A DNA stretch of 64,000 bases from Eledone cirrhosa (GCA_964016885.1 OZ024755.1:20956001-21020000), one strand, 5' to 3'; positions 38,573-52,486 are shown, counted from the stretch's first letter. Numbers and translations: made by a program. The notes: generated by a model from the letters alone, not told the origin.

Positions 38573-38980
38573 GCAGGTAGTTATACGTGTGTGTGTGTGT
38601 GTATGTGTGTGTGTATGTGTGTGCCTGTGTGTGTGATCACCAAATTGGACAGTTTTCTGATTGCAATCTCTGTCATCATAATTGTCTCCTCTATGATCTT
38701 TGGCGGTACACAGTAATACAGAAGACCCGCCTTGCCTAAGTACAAAGCAAAACCTACAGTCAGTAGGCACCTCCTAATCAAAAATACGCCCCCCTCCCAC
38801 TACCCCTACCCCCACCCCCATCTACACCTAAAGTTATGTTGGTGCCACAACATCCAGTCCTAAATAAATGACGTTGTGTAGGTGTCACAACAAAATATAT
38901 CTATATATATGCATATATATATACATATATATATATATATGCATATATATATATATATATATATGCATATATATATATAC

Positions 38981-39031
<51 letters not shown>

Positions 39032-39032
39032 C

Positions 39033-39063
<31 letters not shown>

Positions 39064-39076
39064 CATATATATATAC

Positions 39077-39107
<31 letters not shown>

Positions 39108-39630
39108 CATATATATACATCATCATCATCATCATCATCGTTTAACGTCTGTGTTCCACGCTTGCATGATATATATATATATATAACATGGTGAGTATAA
39201 CCTGATGGATGGATAATAACGATATATTATGCAATTAATAGAAACCTAGAATATTCCGTCTGATTTCTCAATAGAGAAAAATCTTTGTGCCAAATATTCA
39301 GAATATTCTAAACTTTTATTACGTTGTCTACATCTAAGAATACCTCAATACCACTAGCAGGCTTTTAACTTCTTGATTACATCTAAATTAACATCATTTA
39401 TTTACAAAATAATCAATTTTGTTTTGGCAATGGATTCTATTAAGAATATACTTAGTAGGAGAAAACCATAGACTGGTATATTTGCTACTCAATATACTTT
39501 GCTCATCTTTAATGACTATCATCTTTCAATATTTTTGTCATTATATTACTTATTTGTGTATCCATGGTGTATTTCCATTTTAATAATATCCCAATTAGAG
39601 CATATTTACATATATATATATATATATATG

Positions 39631-40055
39631 GAAAGTTATATTTAAATTGTTGGGTTACAACTAGTAAATATTAATAACTGATATAAAAGCACTCGACAAG
39701 TATTTGGAGTATATTTACGATATTAAATAAATGGAAACTATATTTATAAAACCATATTTATTTCATTATATATATTTCAGGGATATCATATTAACAATAT
39801 GCTATGCCTTCCTCAGACAAAATACAATATAAACAGTTTTATAGATAAATAGATAAATACAATTTTTTCACTGCCAATTCAACTTTTCAAATACAAGTCG
39901 ATGTTGTACGGTATGTCAAATCTATTTATCTATAAAACTGTTTATATTGTATTTTGTCTGAGGAAGGCATAGCATATTGTTAATATGATATCCCTGAAAT
40001 ATATATAATGAAATAAATATGGTTTTATAAATATAGTTTCCATTTATTTAATATC

Positions 40056-40058
<3 letters not shown>
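39631..40058 (-). mobile_element. Family B insert, copy 3: fold-back with two hammerheads, in (TA)n
   Basis: 139-bp arms 39716-39854 / 39920-40058, 65-bp spacer, 85-bp tail on the left. Confidence 0.75.
39951..40014 (+). ncRNA. Minimal hammerhead ribozyme, family B (mirror copy at 39760-39823, -)
   Basis: AUUUUGU-CUGAGGA-AGGcAUAgCAUAUU guu AAUAUGaUAUcCCU-GAA-AUAUAUAU-A-AUGAAAU. Confidence 0.75.
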
Positions 40059-40105
<47 letters not shown>

Positions 40106-40252
40106 TTGTCCTCCTCCCCTTTCAATCTTTTCTATATTTCACCTACTTTGTGGATTGTCTCTCTGTTGACCACTGGCTGCTGGTCTCTGTCTTCTGAGGC
40201 ATTTTTGCCCATATATATATATGTACACATACACACACATATATATGTATTT

Positions 40253-40720
40253 CATCATCATCATCATAATCATCGTTTAACGTCCATCTTCCACGCTTGC
40301 ATGGGTTTGGACGGGAGTTTTCCCACTTGAGGCAAGATTTGTTGTCCTGCTCGTATAGGACTGTCTGGAGGGTTTTCTATGGCTGGATGCCCTTCCTAAC
40401 ACCAATCATGTTTACAGTGTGGACTGGGAGGTTTTTACCATGTTACCTACACGGCCACATTACAGCGTGGACTGTGTGTTTTTTTTTCGTGACACCTACA
40501 CGACCTCATTTGTTTTGGACTGGATGTTGTGGTACCAACATAACTTCACATTTAAGTGGGTGGTGTGGATGTGGTGGGGGTAGTGGGACGGGGGTATTTT
40601 GTTAGAGGTGCCTACTGACTGTAGGTTTCGCTTTGTACTTAGGCAAGGCGGGTCTTCTGTATGACTGTGTAGTGCCAAAGATCTCGGTCCACTGACATTG
40701 TCTTGGAGAGGTGTAAGTGT
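40253..40720 (-). mobile_element. (GAT)n-tailed retroposon 3' region
   Basis: catcatcgtttaacgtccatcttccacgcttgcatggg...ggatgcccttcctaacaccaa; near copy 50277-50563, related 38700-38860. Confidence 0.7.
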
Positions 40721-40799
40721 GTGAGGTCGGAATTTATCAAGTCGTCCCAGGTTTTTCTGGGTCTGCCTACTCCGTGGCTACCGTCTATTTTTATCGCCC

Positions 40800-41158
40800 T
40801 GCCCTATTTTCCTTCCTACAAACTAGAACTTTAGTCTTAGACAAGTTAACTTTAAGGCTTTTTGATTCTCGGCCATGCTTCCATGTTTGGAATTTCTTCT
40901 CTAGTTCAGTCATTGATTCAGCTATGAGCGTTAGATCATCTGCATATAGGAGTTCCTATGGGCAGCCGGACTTGAACTCCTCTGTTATAGCCTGAAGGGC
41001 AATAATAAATAGTAGGGGGCTGAGAACGGAGCCCTGATGAACACCAACTTTTACGCTAAACTCTTCACTATATTCGTTGTTAATTCTAACCTTGCTGACT
41101 GTTTCTTTATACATGGCTTGTATAGCTCTCACAAGCCATTCATCAACACCTAGTTTTC
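40800..41158 (-). mobile_element. RTE reverse transcriptase fragment
   Basis: Minus strand LGVDEWLVRAIQAMY...GVHQGSVLSPLLF...ELLYADDLTLIAES...LKVNLSKTK (RT motifs QG-LSP and YADD), with a stop. Confidence 0.9.
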
Positions 41159-41197
41159 ACTTGTAGTGTTAAAAACTTTATGATTTAATGTTATAAT

Positions 41198-41383
41198 ATA
41201 ATTGTTTCTACTTTTGGCACAAGGCCAGAAATTATCTCAGTTCATTACTGGTACTTTATTTTATCGACCCCATAAAGATGAAAGGCAAAGTTAACCTCGG
41301 TGGGATTTTCACTCAGAATGGCAAGGGTCAAATCATGGTGTCAAAGCATGGTGTCCGACCCTCTACCGATACTGCCAATCCAC
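41198..41383 (-). mobile_element. Full-length tRNA-derived SINE
   Basis: Reverse complement of 51998-52195. Confidence 0.85.
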
Positions 41384-41904
41384 CTTGGTATATATATATA
41401 TGAGATCAGCTCAAGTAGATGAATACGAGAAAATCCTTTTAGTTAATTTAGAATCTTCAGTTTCATCTGATATGACAAATAGTTATTCAGTCTCTGGAGG
41501 AAGAACATTTTTGGAGTGTGTGTGTATCTCTATATTTAAAACTCTATATTTTGGTTCTACTTGGAAAATACTCTATAATCACATAAGAACTTCTTAGATA
41601 GTTGCAATGTCTCTCAGAACTGTTGTGATTTAAAAAAAAGTTTTTTCCCTATTCATTTTCTCAGGAGGAAGGGCATGCTCTGTTCACAACCCTTTTTGGA
41701 GGCTTCAAGATAGTGAGGGGTCAAGAGTCCTCAAATTTGAAACCAAACCTGAATGGACTCTATTAAAGACATTCAAGGACCAGGTGCTTGTGTTAAACTA
41801 GGTGACAGGTTAAGTCTGTGACACACAACACAAAGAGCCAAAATAAATAACATAAGGGATCCAGTCTAATGCCCCTATTTTGTCCACTGCCAGTCTGTTA
41901 TGTC

Positions 41905-42302
41905 AGGTGATGGGCTCTGCCAGGCTTAAAATGCCCAAGAAACAACTTATGTCACTACGATGACCCATACGACTCCATCAGGAGTTATGGGACCATACCA
42001 TACCATAGTTTCCCATCATTTATCGTTGGACAGTAGTGGGGGTCAGAGCAAGAATAAGATGTATGGGGGCAGGGAAAGAATAGCTAGTGTATATAGTTGT
42101 CGTTGGACAGTAGTAGGGATTAGAGCAGAAATAGCTGGTAGGGGTCAGAGCGAGGATAGCTAGTATGGGGTCAGAGCAGGAATAACTAGTGTGGAGAGGT
42201 ATGGGCTCCACCAAGCTTAAAATACCCAAGAAACCCCATATATCACTGCAGCACCCCTACAACTCCATCAAGAGTTACAGGACCATATCATATCCTACCA
42301 TA
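41905..42302 (+). mobile_element. Two 3' tail fragments of the CCATA-tailed element
   Basis: cttaaaat(g/a)cccaagaaac...actccatca(g/a)gagtta...gaccata at 41925-42008 and 42215-42302. Confidence 0.6.
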
Positions 42303-42410
42303 TTTAAAAACTGGTTACATGTCTGAAGTTGCTATCTTGATTACGCTTACCTTGTCTTATCAGATATAATTCAAATCAATAGAGATTAGAGATCAAGCAA
42401 ATTATAGTAG

Positions 42411-42453
42411 ACCATGCTGATGGGGTCTAAATAGGTTGAAACATGTCTATAGT
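42411..42453 (+). ncRNA. Degenerate hammerhead motif
   Basis: ACCAUG-CUGAUGG-GGUCU aaau AGGUU-GAA-ACAUGU-C-UAUAGU; palindromic ACAUGU, GUC triplet, A9>G; AATAAA ~15 nt downstream. Confidence 0.55.
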
Positions 42454-42607
42454 TAGCCATTGACTGCAAATAAAGATTAAAATTTCCTCTAAGCTTGAAA
42501 GTGGCAATGTTTTTCAAATAATTAAGCATGGAAAATGGATGTAAAAATGATAAGAATCTTTAGCATAGAACATTCAGTACCTACATCACTGCTTAATGTC
42601 GTCATTG

Positions 42608-42768
42608 TCTTCTTCACCGTCTTCTTTTCCTTCTTTTTATTTTCCTTCTTTTTCTTTTTCTTTTTCTTTTTCTTTTTCTTTTTCTTTTTCTTTTTCTTCT
42701 TCTTTTTCTTTTTCTTTTCCTTTTTTCTTTTTCTTCTTTTTCTTCTTCTTTTTCTTCTCCCCCCCCCC
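42608..42768 (+). repeat. Polypyrimidine (TTTTTC)n tract
   Basis: Directly visible. Confidence 0.95.
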
Positions 42769-42918
42769 TATTAGTTCATCCTCTGCCTTAATTATTAATG
42801 TTTCCAACAATACCGTTATTGTTGTTTTTTTGTTATTTAATGTTCAGTTTATAAATTTATATATTATTGCTTTCCCTTTGTTTTCTTTTTGTTTATAAAC
42901 AAAACAAAACATTTGTAT

Positions 42919-42951
<33 letters not shown>

Positions 42952-42955
<4 letters not shown>

Positions 42956-43168
42956 AAGTGGACGTGTAGGCGCCACGAAAAAGCACCCAGCACTCACTGT
43001 AAATGAGGTTGGTGTTAGGAAGGGCATCCAGCTGTAGAAATCAAGCCAGATCAGTTCCTGTATGAGCAAGGCATGGTCAGCCGACCAGACACTGCCCACA
43101 ACAGGACAACCCGTCTAACCCATGCTAGCGTGGAAGAACGGACGTAAAACGGTGATGATGATGATGAT
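42952..43168 (+). mobile_element. (GAT)n-tailed retroposon 3' end, apparently identical to 31880-32097
   Basis: The antisense ORFs at 31725 and 42893 are identical over their first 49 aa. Confidence 0.85.
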
Positions 43169-43179
43169 ATATATATAAT

Positions 43180-43472
43180 GTGTTAACAAATGGAAACTAT
43201 ATTTATAAAACCATATTTATTTCATTATACATATTTTAAGGGCCACCAAGGCAAACTATGGTGCGCTTTCATCAGATAAAATATAATATAGGTTAGTTTT
43301 ATAAATAAATATTGACATACCCTGAAAAAATGCAACCATTCTGGTTGGAATCTCCTAAATATAGTTTCCATTTGTTAATATATTGTATATTTACTCCAAT
43401 AATTTGTTGAGTGCTTTATATCAGTTATAAAAATATTTTGCTTGTTGTATCCCAACAAATTAAATATAACCT
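43180..43472. mobile_element. Family B insert, copy 4
   Basis: Minus-strand hammerhead 43219-43282 (G12>A); + strand tail cccaacaaattaaatataacct; short inverted overlap 43183-43205 / 43356-43378. Confidence 0.7.
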
Positions 43473-43477
43473 CTACC

Positions 43478-43645
43478 TATATATCTATCTAAGGCGGGTA
43501 AAATTCCCGAGATCCATGGCCGAGTTCTCTCCAGCGGTCTCTGTCCCTCATTATCGCTGCCATATCCTGCATCTCCAACAGACCAGTGTCTGTCCTTAGG
43601 GCATCAACATATGTTAACCTTGGTCTTCCTCTTCTAGTGTGTCCA
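43478..43645 (-). mobile_element. RTE-like LINE extreme 3' end with ATAG-type tail
   Basis: Minus-strand translation GHTRRGRPRLTYVDALRTDTGLLEMQDMAAIMRDRDRWRELG. Confidence 0.75.
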
Positions 43646-43862
43646 TAAATATATATATCATCATCATTGTCGTTTTAACATCTGCTTTCCCTGTTAGCAT
43701 GGTTATATACATATATATATATTATATATATATTATATATATATATATTATATATATTTATATATTAATATATATATATTATATATATATATATATATAT
43801 TAATATATATATATTTATATATATATATTTATATATATATTATATATATATATTATATACAA

Positions 43863-45062
43863 CCACTACGTCACCACATCACCACCAACACCACATCACC
43901 ACCACTAGTCACCACATCACCACCACTAGTCACCACATCACCACCACTAGTCACCACATCACCACCACTATGTCACCACTACCAACACCACTACCACCAA
44001 CCTCACATCACCACCACTACATCACCACATCACCACTACCACCACCACTACCACCAACCTCACATCACCACCCCTACATCACCACATCACCACTACCACC
44101 ACCACCACTACCACCAACCTCACATCACCACCACTACAACCAACCTCACTTTCCCACCCCTACGTCACCACATCACCACTACCACCACCACTACGTCACG
44201 ACATCACCACCACTACGTCACTACGTCACCACTACATCAACAACACCACTACCACCAACCTCACATCACCACCACCACATCACCACATCACCACTACGTC
44301 AACAACGCCACTACCACCAACCTCACATCACCACCACTACGTCACCACGTCACCACTACGTCAACAACACCACTACCACCACCACATCACCACTACCAAC
44401 ACCACTACCACCAACCTCACATCACCACCACTACAGCACCACATCACCACTACCAACACCACTACCACCAACCTCACATCACCACCACTATGTCACCACA
44501 TCACCACTATGTCACCACATCACCACTACGTCACCACATCACCACTACCAACACCACTACCACCAACCTCACATCACCACCACTGTCACCACATCACCAC
44601 TATGTCACCACATCACCACTATGTCACCACATCACCACTATGTCACCACATCACCACTACGTCACCACATCACCACTACCAACACCACTACCACCAACCT
44701 CACATCACCACCACTACGGCACCACATCACCACTACCAACACCACTACCACCAACCTCACATCACCACCACTACGGCACCACATCACCACTACCAACACC
44801 ACTACCACCAACCTCACATCACCACCACTATGTCACCACATCACCACTATGTCACCACATCACCACTACGTCACCACATCACCACTACCAACACCACTAC
44901 CACCAACCTCACATCACCACCACTATGTCACCACATCACCACTACGTCACCACATCACCACTACCAACACCACTACCACCAACCTCACATCACCACCACT
45001 ATGTCACCACATCACCACTACGTCACCACCACACCACTACGTCACCACCACTACCAACACCA
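43863..45062 (+). repeat. CAC/CCA-rich complex minisatellite (~1.2 kb)
   Basis: Units such as accacatcaccactaccaacaccactaccaccaacctcacatcaccaccact; explains the H/T/P ORFs. Confidence 0.92.
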
Positions 45063-45474
45063 AAATAGTTCTTATTCTAATGACATTAAGTCATAAAAGA
45101 GGAAAAAAGTGATTTAGTTTATATTTTATTCAACAGTCAGCATTCAAAAAACAAATGTTAGTTTTCTCAGTCTGTTTAGGAAGTTCTGTGGAGGAAATGT
45201 GTAATAAACACACACTCACATACATACATAAATACATACTTAGACATGCACACACATATATAATACACATGTACATACATACTACATATATTCTGTTGAT
45301 ATGGAGTTACTACAAAATCAACATTATCATTGAGAACCAGACAAGCAGAAGAGTAAAAGGACACATCTGTTAGCTTTAAGTTTTTAGTTAATAACATTAA
45401 AATAGATGCTTCACAATTCTGGAATCCTAAGTAAGGTGCAGTAATAGTAATAGATTACATTACATGAAGGAATG

Positions 45475-48400
45475 TTAACCATTTAATTACCATACTTGTA
45501 ATGTAAGACACTGCCTATATCTTTAACCCTTTCATTACCATATTTCTAATGAAAGACACTACATATATCGTTAACCCTTTCATTACCATATTTCTAATGA
45601 AAGACACTGTCTATGACATTAACCCATTCATTACCATATTTCTAATGAAATACACTACATATATCGTTAACCCTTTCATTACCATATTTCTAATGAAAGA
45701 CACTGTCTATGACATTAACCCTTTCATTACCGTACTTCTAATGAAAGACACTGTCTATGACATTAACCCTTTCATTACCATATTTCTAATGAAAGACACT
45801 ACATATACCTTTAACCCTTTCATTACCATATTTCTAATGAAATACACTACATATATCTTTAACCCTTTCATTACCATATTTCTAATGAAAGACACTGTCT
45901 ATGACATTAACCCTTTCATTACCATATTTCTAATGAAAGACACTACATATATCTTTAACCCTTTCATTACCATATTTCTAATGAAAGACACTACATATAT
46001 CTTTAACCCTTTCATTACCATATTTCTAATGTAAGACACTACATATACCTTTAACCCTTTCATTACCATATTTCTAATGAAAGACACTACATATACCTTT
46101 AACCCTTTCATTACCATATTTCTAATGTAAGACACTACATATACCTTTAACCCTTTCATTACCATATTTCTAATGAAAGACACTACATATACCTTTAACC
46201 CTTTCATTACCATATTTCTAATGAAAGACACTGTCTATGACATTAACTCTTTCATTACCATATTTCTAATGAAAGACACTGCCCATATATCTTTAACCCT
46301 TTCATTACCATATTTCTAATGAAAGACACTACATATACCTTTAACCCTTTCATTACCATATTTCTAATGAAATACACTGCATATATCTTTAACCCTTTCA
46401 TTACCATATTTCTAATGTAAGACACTGCCCATATATCTTTAACCCTTTCATTACCATATTTCTAATGTAAGACACTACATATATCTTTAAGCCTTTCATT
46501 ACCATATTTCTAATGTAAGACACTGCCCATATATCTTTAACCCTTTCATTACCATATTTCTAATGTAAGACACTACATATATCTTTAACCCTTTCATTAC
46601 CATATTTCTAATGTAAGACACTACATATATCTTTAACTCTTTCATTACCATATTTCTAATGTAAGACACTACATATATCTTTAACCTTTTCATTACCATA
46701 TTTCTAATGTAAGACACTACATATATCTTTAACCCTTTCATTACCATATTTCTAATGTAAGACACTACATATATCTTTAACCTTTTCATTACCATATTTC
46801 TAATGTAAGACACTACATATATCTTTAACCCTTTCATTACCATATTTCTAATGTAAGACACTACATATATCTTTAACCCTTTCATTACCATATTTCTAAT
46901 GTAAGACACTACATATATCTTTAACCCTTTCATTACCATATTTCTAATGTAAGACACTACATATATCTTTAACCCTTTCATTACCATATTTCTAATGTAA
47001 GACACTACATATATCTTTAACCTTTTCATTACCATATTTCTAATGAAAGACACTACATATACCGTTAACCCTTTCATTACCATATTTCTAATGAAATACA
47101 CTACATATATCTTTAACCCTTTCATTACCATATTTCTAATGTAAGACACTACATATATCTTTAACCCTTTCATTACCATATTTCTAATGTAAGACACTAC
47201 ATATATCTTTAACCCTTTCATTACCATATTTCTAATGTAAGACACTACATATATCTTTAACCCTTTCATTACCATATTTCTAATGTAAGACACTACATAT
47301 ATCTTTAACCCTTTCATTACCATATTTCTAATGAAAGACACTACATATACCTTTAACCCTTTCATTATCATATTTCTAATGAAAGACACTGTCTATGATA
47401 TTAACCCTTTCATTACTATATTTCTAATGAAAGACACTGTCTATGACATTAACCCTTTCATTACCATATTTCTAATGAAAGACACTACATATATCTTTAA
47501 CCCTTTCATTACCATATTTCTAATGTAAGACACTGTCTATGACATTAACCCTTTCATTACCATATTTCTAATGAAAGACACTACATATATCTTTAACCCT
47601 TTCATTACCATATTTCTAATGTAAGACACTGTCTATGATATTAACCCTTTCATTACCATATTTCTAATGTAAGACACTACATATATCTTTAACCCTTTCA
47701 TTACCATATTTCTAATGTAAGACACTGTCTATGATATTAACCCTTTCATTACCATATTTCTAATGTAAGACACTGTCTATGATATTAACCCTTTCATTAC
47801 CATATTTCTAATGAAAGACACTACATATACCTTTAACCCGTTCATTACCATATTTCTAATGAAATACACTACATATATCTTTAACCCTTTCATTACCATA
47901 TTTCTAATGTAAGACACTACATATATCTTTAACCCTTTCATTACCATATTTCTAATGAAAGACACTGTCTATGACATTAACCCTTTCATTACCATATTTC
48001 TAATGTAAGACACTACATATATCTTTAACCCTTTCATTACCATATTTCTAATGTAAGACACTACATATATCGTTAACCCTTTCATTACCATATTTCTAAT
48101 GAAAGACACTGTCTATGACATTAACCCTTTCATTACCGTACTTCTAATGAAAGACACTGTCTATGACATTAACCCTTTCATTACCATATTTCTAATGAAA
48201 GACACTACATATATCTTTAACACTTTCATTACCATATTTCTAATGAAATACACTACATATATCTTTAACCCTTTCATTACCATATTTCTAATGAAAGACA
48301 CTGTCTATGACATTAACCCTTTCATTACCATATTTCTAATGTAAGACACTACATATATCTTTAACCCTTTCATTACCATATTTCTAATGTAAGACACTAC

Positions 48401-49200
48401 ATATATCGTTAACCCTTTCATTACCATATTTCTAATGAAAGACACTGTCTATGACATTAACCCATTCATTACCATATTTCTAATGAAATACACTACATAT
48501 ATCGTTAACCCTTTCATTACCATATTTCTAATGAAAGACACTGTCTATGACATTAACCCTTTCATTACCGTACTTCTAATGAAAGACACTGTCTATGACA
48601 TTAACCCTTTCATTACCATATTTCTAATGAAAGACACTACATATATCTTTAACCCTTTCATTACCATATTTCTAATGAAATACACTACATATATCTTTAA
48701 CCCTTTCATTACCATATTTCTAATGAAAGACACTGTCTATGACATTAACCCTTTCATTACCATATTTCTAATGTAAGACACTACATATATCTTTAACCTT
48801 TTCATTACCATATTTCTAATGTAAGACACTACATATATCTTTAACCCTTTCATTACCATATTTCTAATGTAAGACACTACATATATCTTTAACTCTTTCA
48901 TTACCATATTTCTAATGAAATACACTACATATATCTTTAACCCTTTCATTACCATATTTCTAATGTAAGACACTACATATATCTTTAACCCTTTCATTAC
49001 CATATTTCTAATGTAAGGCACTACATATACCTTTAACCCTTTCATTACCATATTTCTAATGAAAGACACTGTCCATATATCTTTAATCCTTTTATTACCA
49101 TATTTCTAATGAAAACATTGTCTATGTCATTAACCCTTTTGTTACCATATTTCTAATGAAAGATACTGCCCATGTCATTAGTCCTTTCATTACCATATTC
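45475..49200 (+). repeat. 48-bp satellite, ~77 units, derived from a TTAA-MITE terminus
   Basis: Unit ttaaccctttcattaccatatttctaatg(a/t)aagacact(acatatatct|gtctatgaca); 16-aa periodicity in the ORF track. Confidence 0.97.
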
Positions 49201-49265
49201 ATTTTTTGATGGAAGTTATTTTTAGATAAATATAAACATGCTTGTTTAAGTGTGTGTGTATGTGT

Positions 49266-49323
<58 letters not shown>

Positions 49324-49388
49324 ATGTGTGTATGCATGCATTCCATCCTGCCAGAGTTACCCTACACAATATAACCATGCTTATTTAA

Positions 49389-49609
49389 CCCTTTAGCATT
49401 TACATTACTCTTATATATGCTATTGTATTTTCATTTTAAACATTTTATTTCACATAATATCTAACATAATATTGAATCTATGAGATTTTGATATTATTTA
49501 TTTTGAGAACATTACCTTAACATAAGTATGAGCAGCCAGTTATGGGCAGTGTGAACAGAAAGAGATGAGGGAATTCTGGCTGGATATGGCCAGTTTAAAT
49601 GATAAAGAG
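49389..49609 (-). mobile_element. piggyBac-like MITE
   Basis: TTAA-ccctttagcattta ... taaatgataaagag-TTAA; homologous to 57737-57959. Confidence 0.8.
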
Positions 49610-50561
49610 TTAAGTGTGTATATATACATATTGGTGACTGAGTTCTCTACTCTGGGATTTTTACAGAACCTTACATATTGAGTACGGTGAGATGCAACCG
49701 GTACTAGCAAGGAAACTTATGCTAGACTTGTCAACTTCTTATTTAGTCTAAAGTCTGTCTTAAGCCAGAATACTCATTTGGTCAGTGCTTATCCCGGTTT
49801 CATGGCGTGGAGCAACTGAGAGTACACGACTCACCCCTGGACAGGACGCCAGTCCATTGCAGGGTTTAACCCCCAGCTATTGCTGGTACTCATTTTCAGC
49901 TGAGTATACTGGAGCAACCCGAAATGAAGTGTTTTGCTCAAGAACACAATACACAACCTTGGAATCAACCCCACAGCGTTATGATCATAAATCCAACACC
50001 CTTACCACTAGGTCACGTGCCTCCACCAACTTATTATTATATATATATATATAAACCTGCTATATGACACAGTAAACAATGTCATGCTTGTTTAAGTGTG
50101 TATACGTGTGTGTGTGTGTGCATGCATTTCATCTTGGATGATACCATACACAATTAGCCACTTTAAATTTCTTATTTATCACCATTCAAACTGACGTAAT
50201 ATAATGATGATAAGCACTTATTGTGCATTCTGGTCAGCTAGAATGCATATTATATATTTATAAACATATATATACTCATCATCATCATCATCGTTTAATG
50301 TCCATATTCCACGCTTGCATGGGTTTGGACGGGAGTTTTCCCACTTGAGGCAAGAGTGGTTGTCTTGCTCGCATAGGACTGTCTGGCGGGTTTTCTACGA
50401 CTGGATGCCCTTCCTAACACCAACCACATTTACAGTGTGGACTGGGAGGTTTTTACCGTGTTACCTACACGGCCACATTACAGCGTGGACTGTGTGTTTT
50501 TTTGTCGTGACACCTACACGACCTCATTTGTTTCGGCCTGGATGTTGTGGTACCAACATAA

Positions 50562-50610
<49 letters not shown>

Positions 50611-51997
50611 GGTTATGCACGAGTGCTTTAATGTTTTCCAGGACACAGTGTTATGTACCGTGTAGTGGAATGTCAGCTTACAACAGAGTGGTGCTCAATA
50701 TATATATATATATATATATAACAACACATCACCCGGTCTGAGTTTAATTCTGAGTTCAATTCAATTCTTGAGCAAGACACTTTATTTCACATTGCTCCAG
50801 TTTATTCAGCTGTAGAAATGAGATGATAGGGACTGGGGTCCCTATCATTCCACTGCAAAGTGGTTGTGGAGGCGCCATGGCAAAAAAGCACCCAGCCCAC
50901 ACTGTAAAGTGGAGGTGTAGGCGCCACGAAAAAAAAAAAAGCACCCAGCACTCACTGTAAATGAGGTTGGTGTTAGGAAGGGCATCCAGCTGTAGAAATC
51001 AAGCCAGAATCATCAATTCCCGTCCCACCCTTGCAAGCAGGGTAAAGCGGACGTAAAATGATGATGATGATGATGATGATGATATATACACACTCACACA
51101 CACATAAATACACTTGAAATAAGCATAGTTATGTGATTAAATAGTTCACTTTGTAAGCACGTGTACCTCACGATTGCTAAGCAAACTTCTTAACCACTTA
51201 GTAATACCTATAGATGCACGTATGACTGAGTGATTAACTATCTGGGTATTATAAATGGTAGGATCCACTGCAAGTGAGATACAACAACAGCAACAACAAC
51301 ATTTGTCAACTAGGCAGTAGTGAGCTGTTGTACTTATTCATATTTACAGTGATGTGCACTCAAGTAATATCTTAATACTTTTGCCATGAACTCAGGACAG
51401 TGTATAGGATAGGATAAGTTCACCTTGACTCTAGACAGGCCCTGCATGAACTTGTCCTTCTGTGGTTGTTTAGTTCCAGGTGATTATTGAGGTTGTGTAA
51501 ACCTACAATCAAAGGCATTCTAAGCATCAAAGACTACCTTATATCTATTGTGGGTTTCTTTATCTTTTAAGATTGTAGGATGTGATTTAACTGTTTTGAT
51601 ACCAAACTTCATAAAACCACCCCTATTTCAACAATACAAACTTTATTTTAAAATGTTTATATTTGTTTATAAACGTCCCATCATAATTTTATATAAGAAC
51701 CCTTGCTAATAGGGAAAGCAGGCATTAAAACCACAATAATGATGACAATGAAACTTTCCTATGTTAAAAACAAAACCCAACATAATAATAAAAAAGTTAT
51801 TTCATTAAATCACTCCAAAACCTTGATTATTTTCAAAACCTTTTCAAAACGATGATGTTTTTCATTATAAATATGTAAATAAAAGGATTAAAGGTTATTT
51901 TGTTGCTATTTCTAGAATGTCCATTGACCACATAAAGGCTTCCTCATCGTTTGGTGATTCCCAGTGGTATTTTGTCCTCATTATAATAATCTTTAAG

Positions 51998-52195
51998 GGG
52001 CGATGGATTGGCAGTATCGGTAGAGGGTCGGAGACCATGCTTTGAAGCATAGAGTTACGGCTCTTGTCATTCTGAGTTCAAATCCCGCCGAGGTTAACTT
52101 TGCCTTTCATCCTTACGGGGTCGATAAAATAAAGTACCAGTAATGAACTGGGTTATTGCTGGCCTTGTGCCAAAAGTAGAAACAATTATTATTAT
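51998..52195 (+). mobile_element. Full-length tRNA-derived SINE (reference copy of the most abundant family)
   Basis: A box tggcagtatcggta, B box gagttcaaatccc, core gttaactttgcctttcatccttacggggtcgataaaataaagtaccag, (ATT) tail; other copies at 7455, 8186, 8914, 12126, 30465, 58993, 60675-61230, 62121. Confidence 0.85.
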
Positions 52196-52486
52196 AACAG
52201 TTAGGATATTTAAGTTCATCAATCAGAACCATTTAGTTAGGTTTGACAAAGGAAATCATGAAAATGTTGATATCTTCAATCTTTTCATTATTGTTCCAAT
52301 GTCTTTTCTATGTTAACCATTTTGATACCTGATCGGTCAAAACCAGTTTTGCTTCTATGAAACAAGACCATTCTTTATAATATCAGTGGACATCATTGGG
52401 CCTAGCTCTTAACCCTTTAGCATTCATATTACTCTATATATACTATTATATTTTCATGGTAAAGGCTTTACCTTGCATAATTATCT

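Noticed and set aside
7980-41045. Other CTGATGA words (7980, 9241, 15113, 21072, 30722, 39206, 41034)
   Set aside because: No stem II/GAAA/stem I arrangement could be built; 39206 (CTGATGG) is only weakly suggestive
43970-45112. 380-aa His/Thr/Pro mucin-like ORF
   Set aside because: CAC-rich minisatellite open in all three frames; no splice or domain support
45475-49200. CRISPR-like array (constant ~38 bp plus variable ~10 bp)
   Set aside because: The variable part has only two or three recurring variants rather than unique spacers; eukaryotic context; no cas genes
51998-52090. tRNA genes
   Set aside because: A/B boxes belong to SINE heads; no cloverleaf
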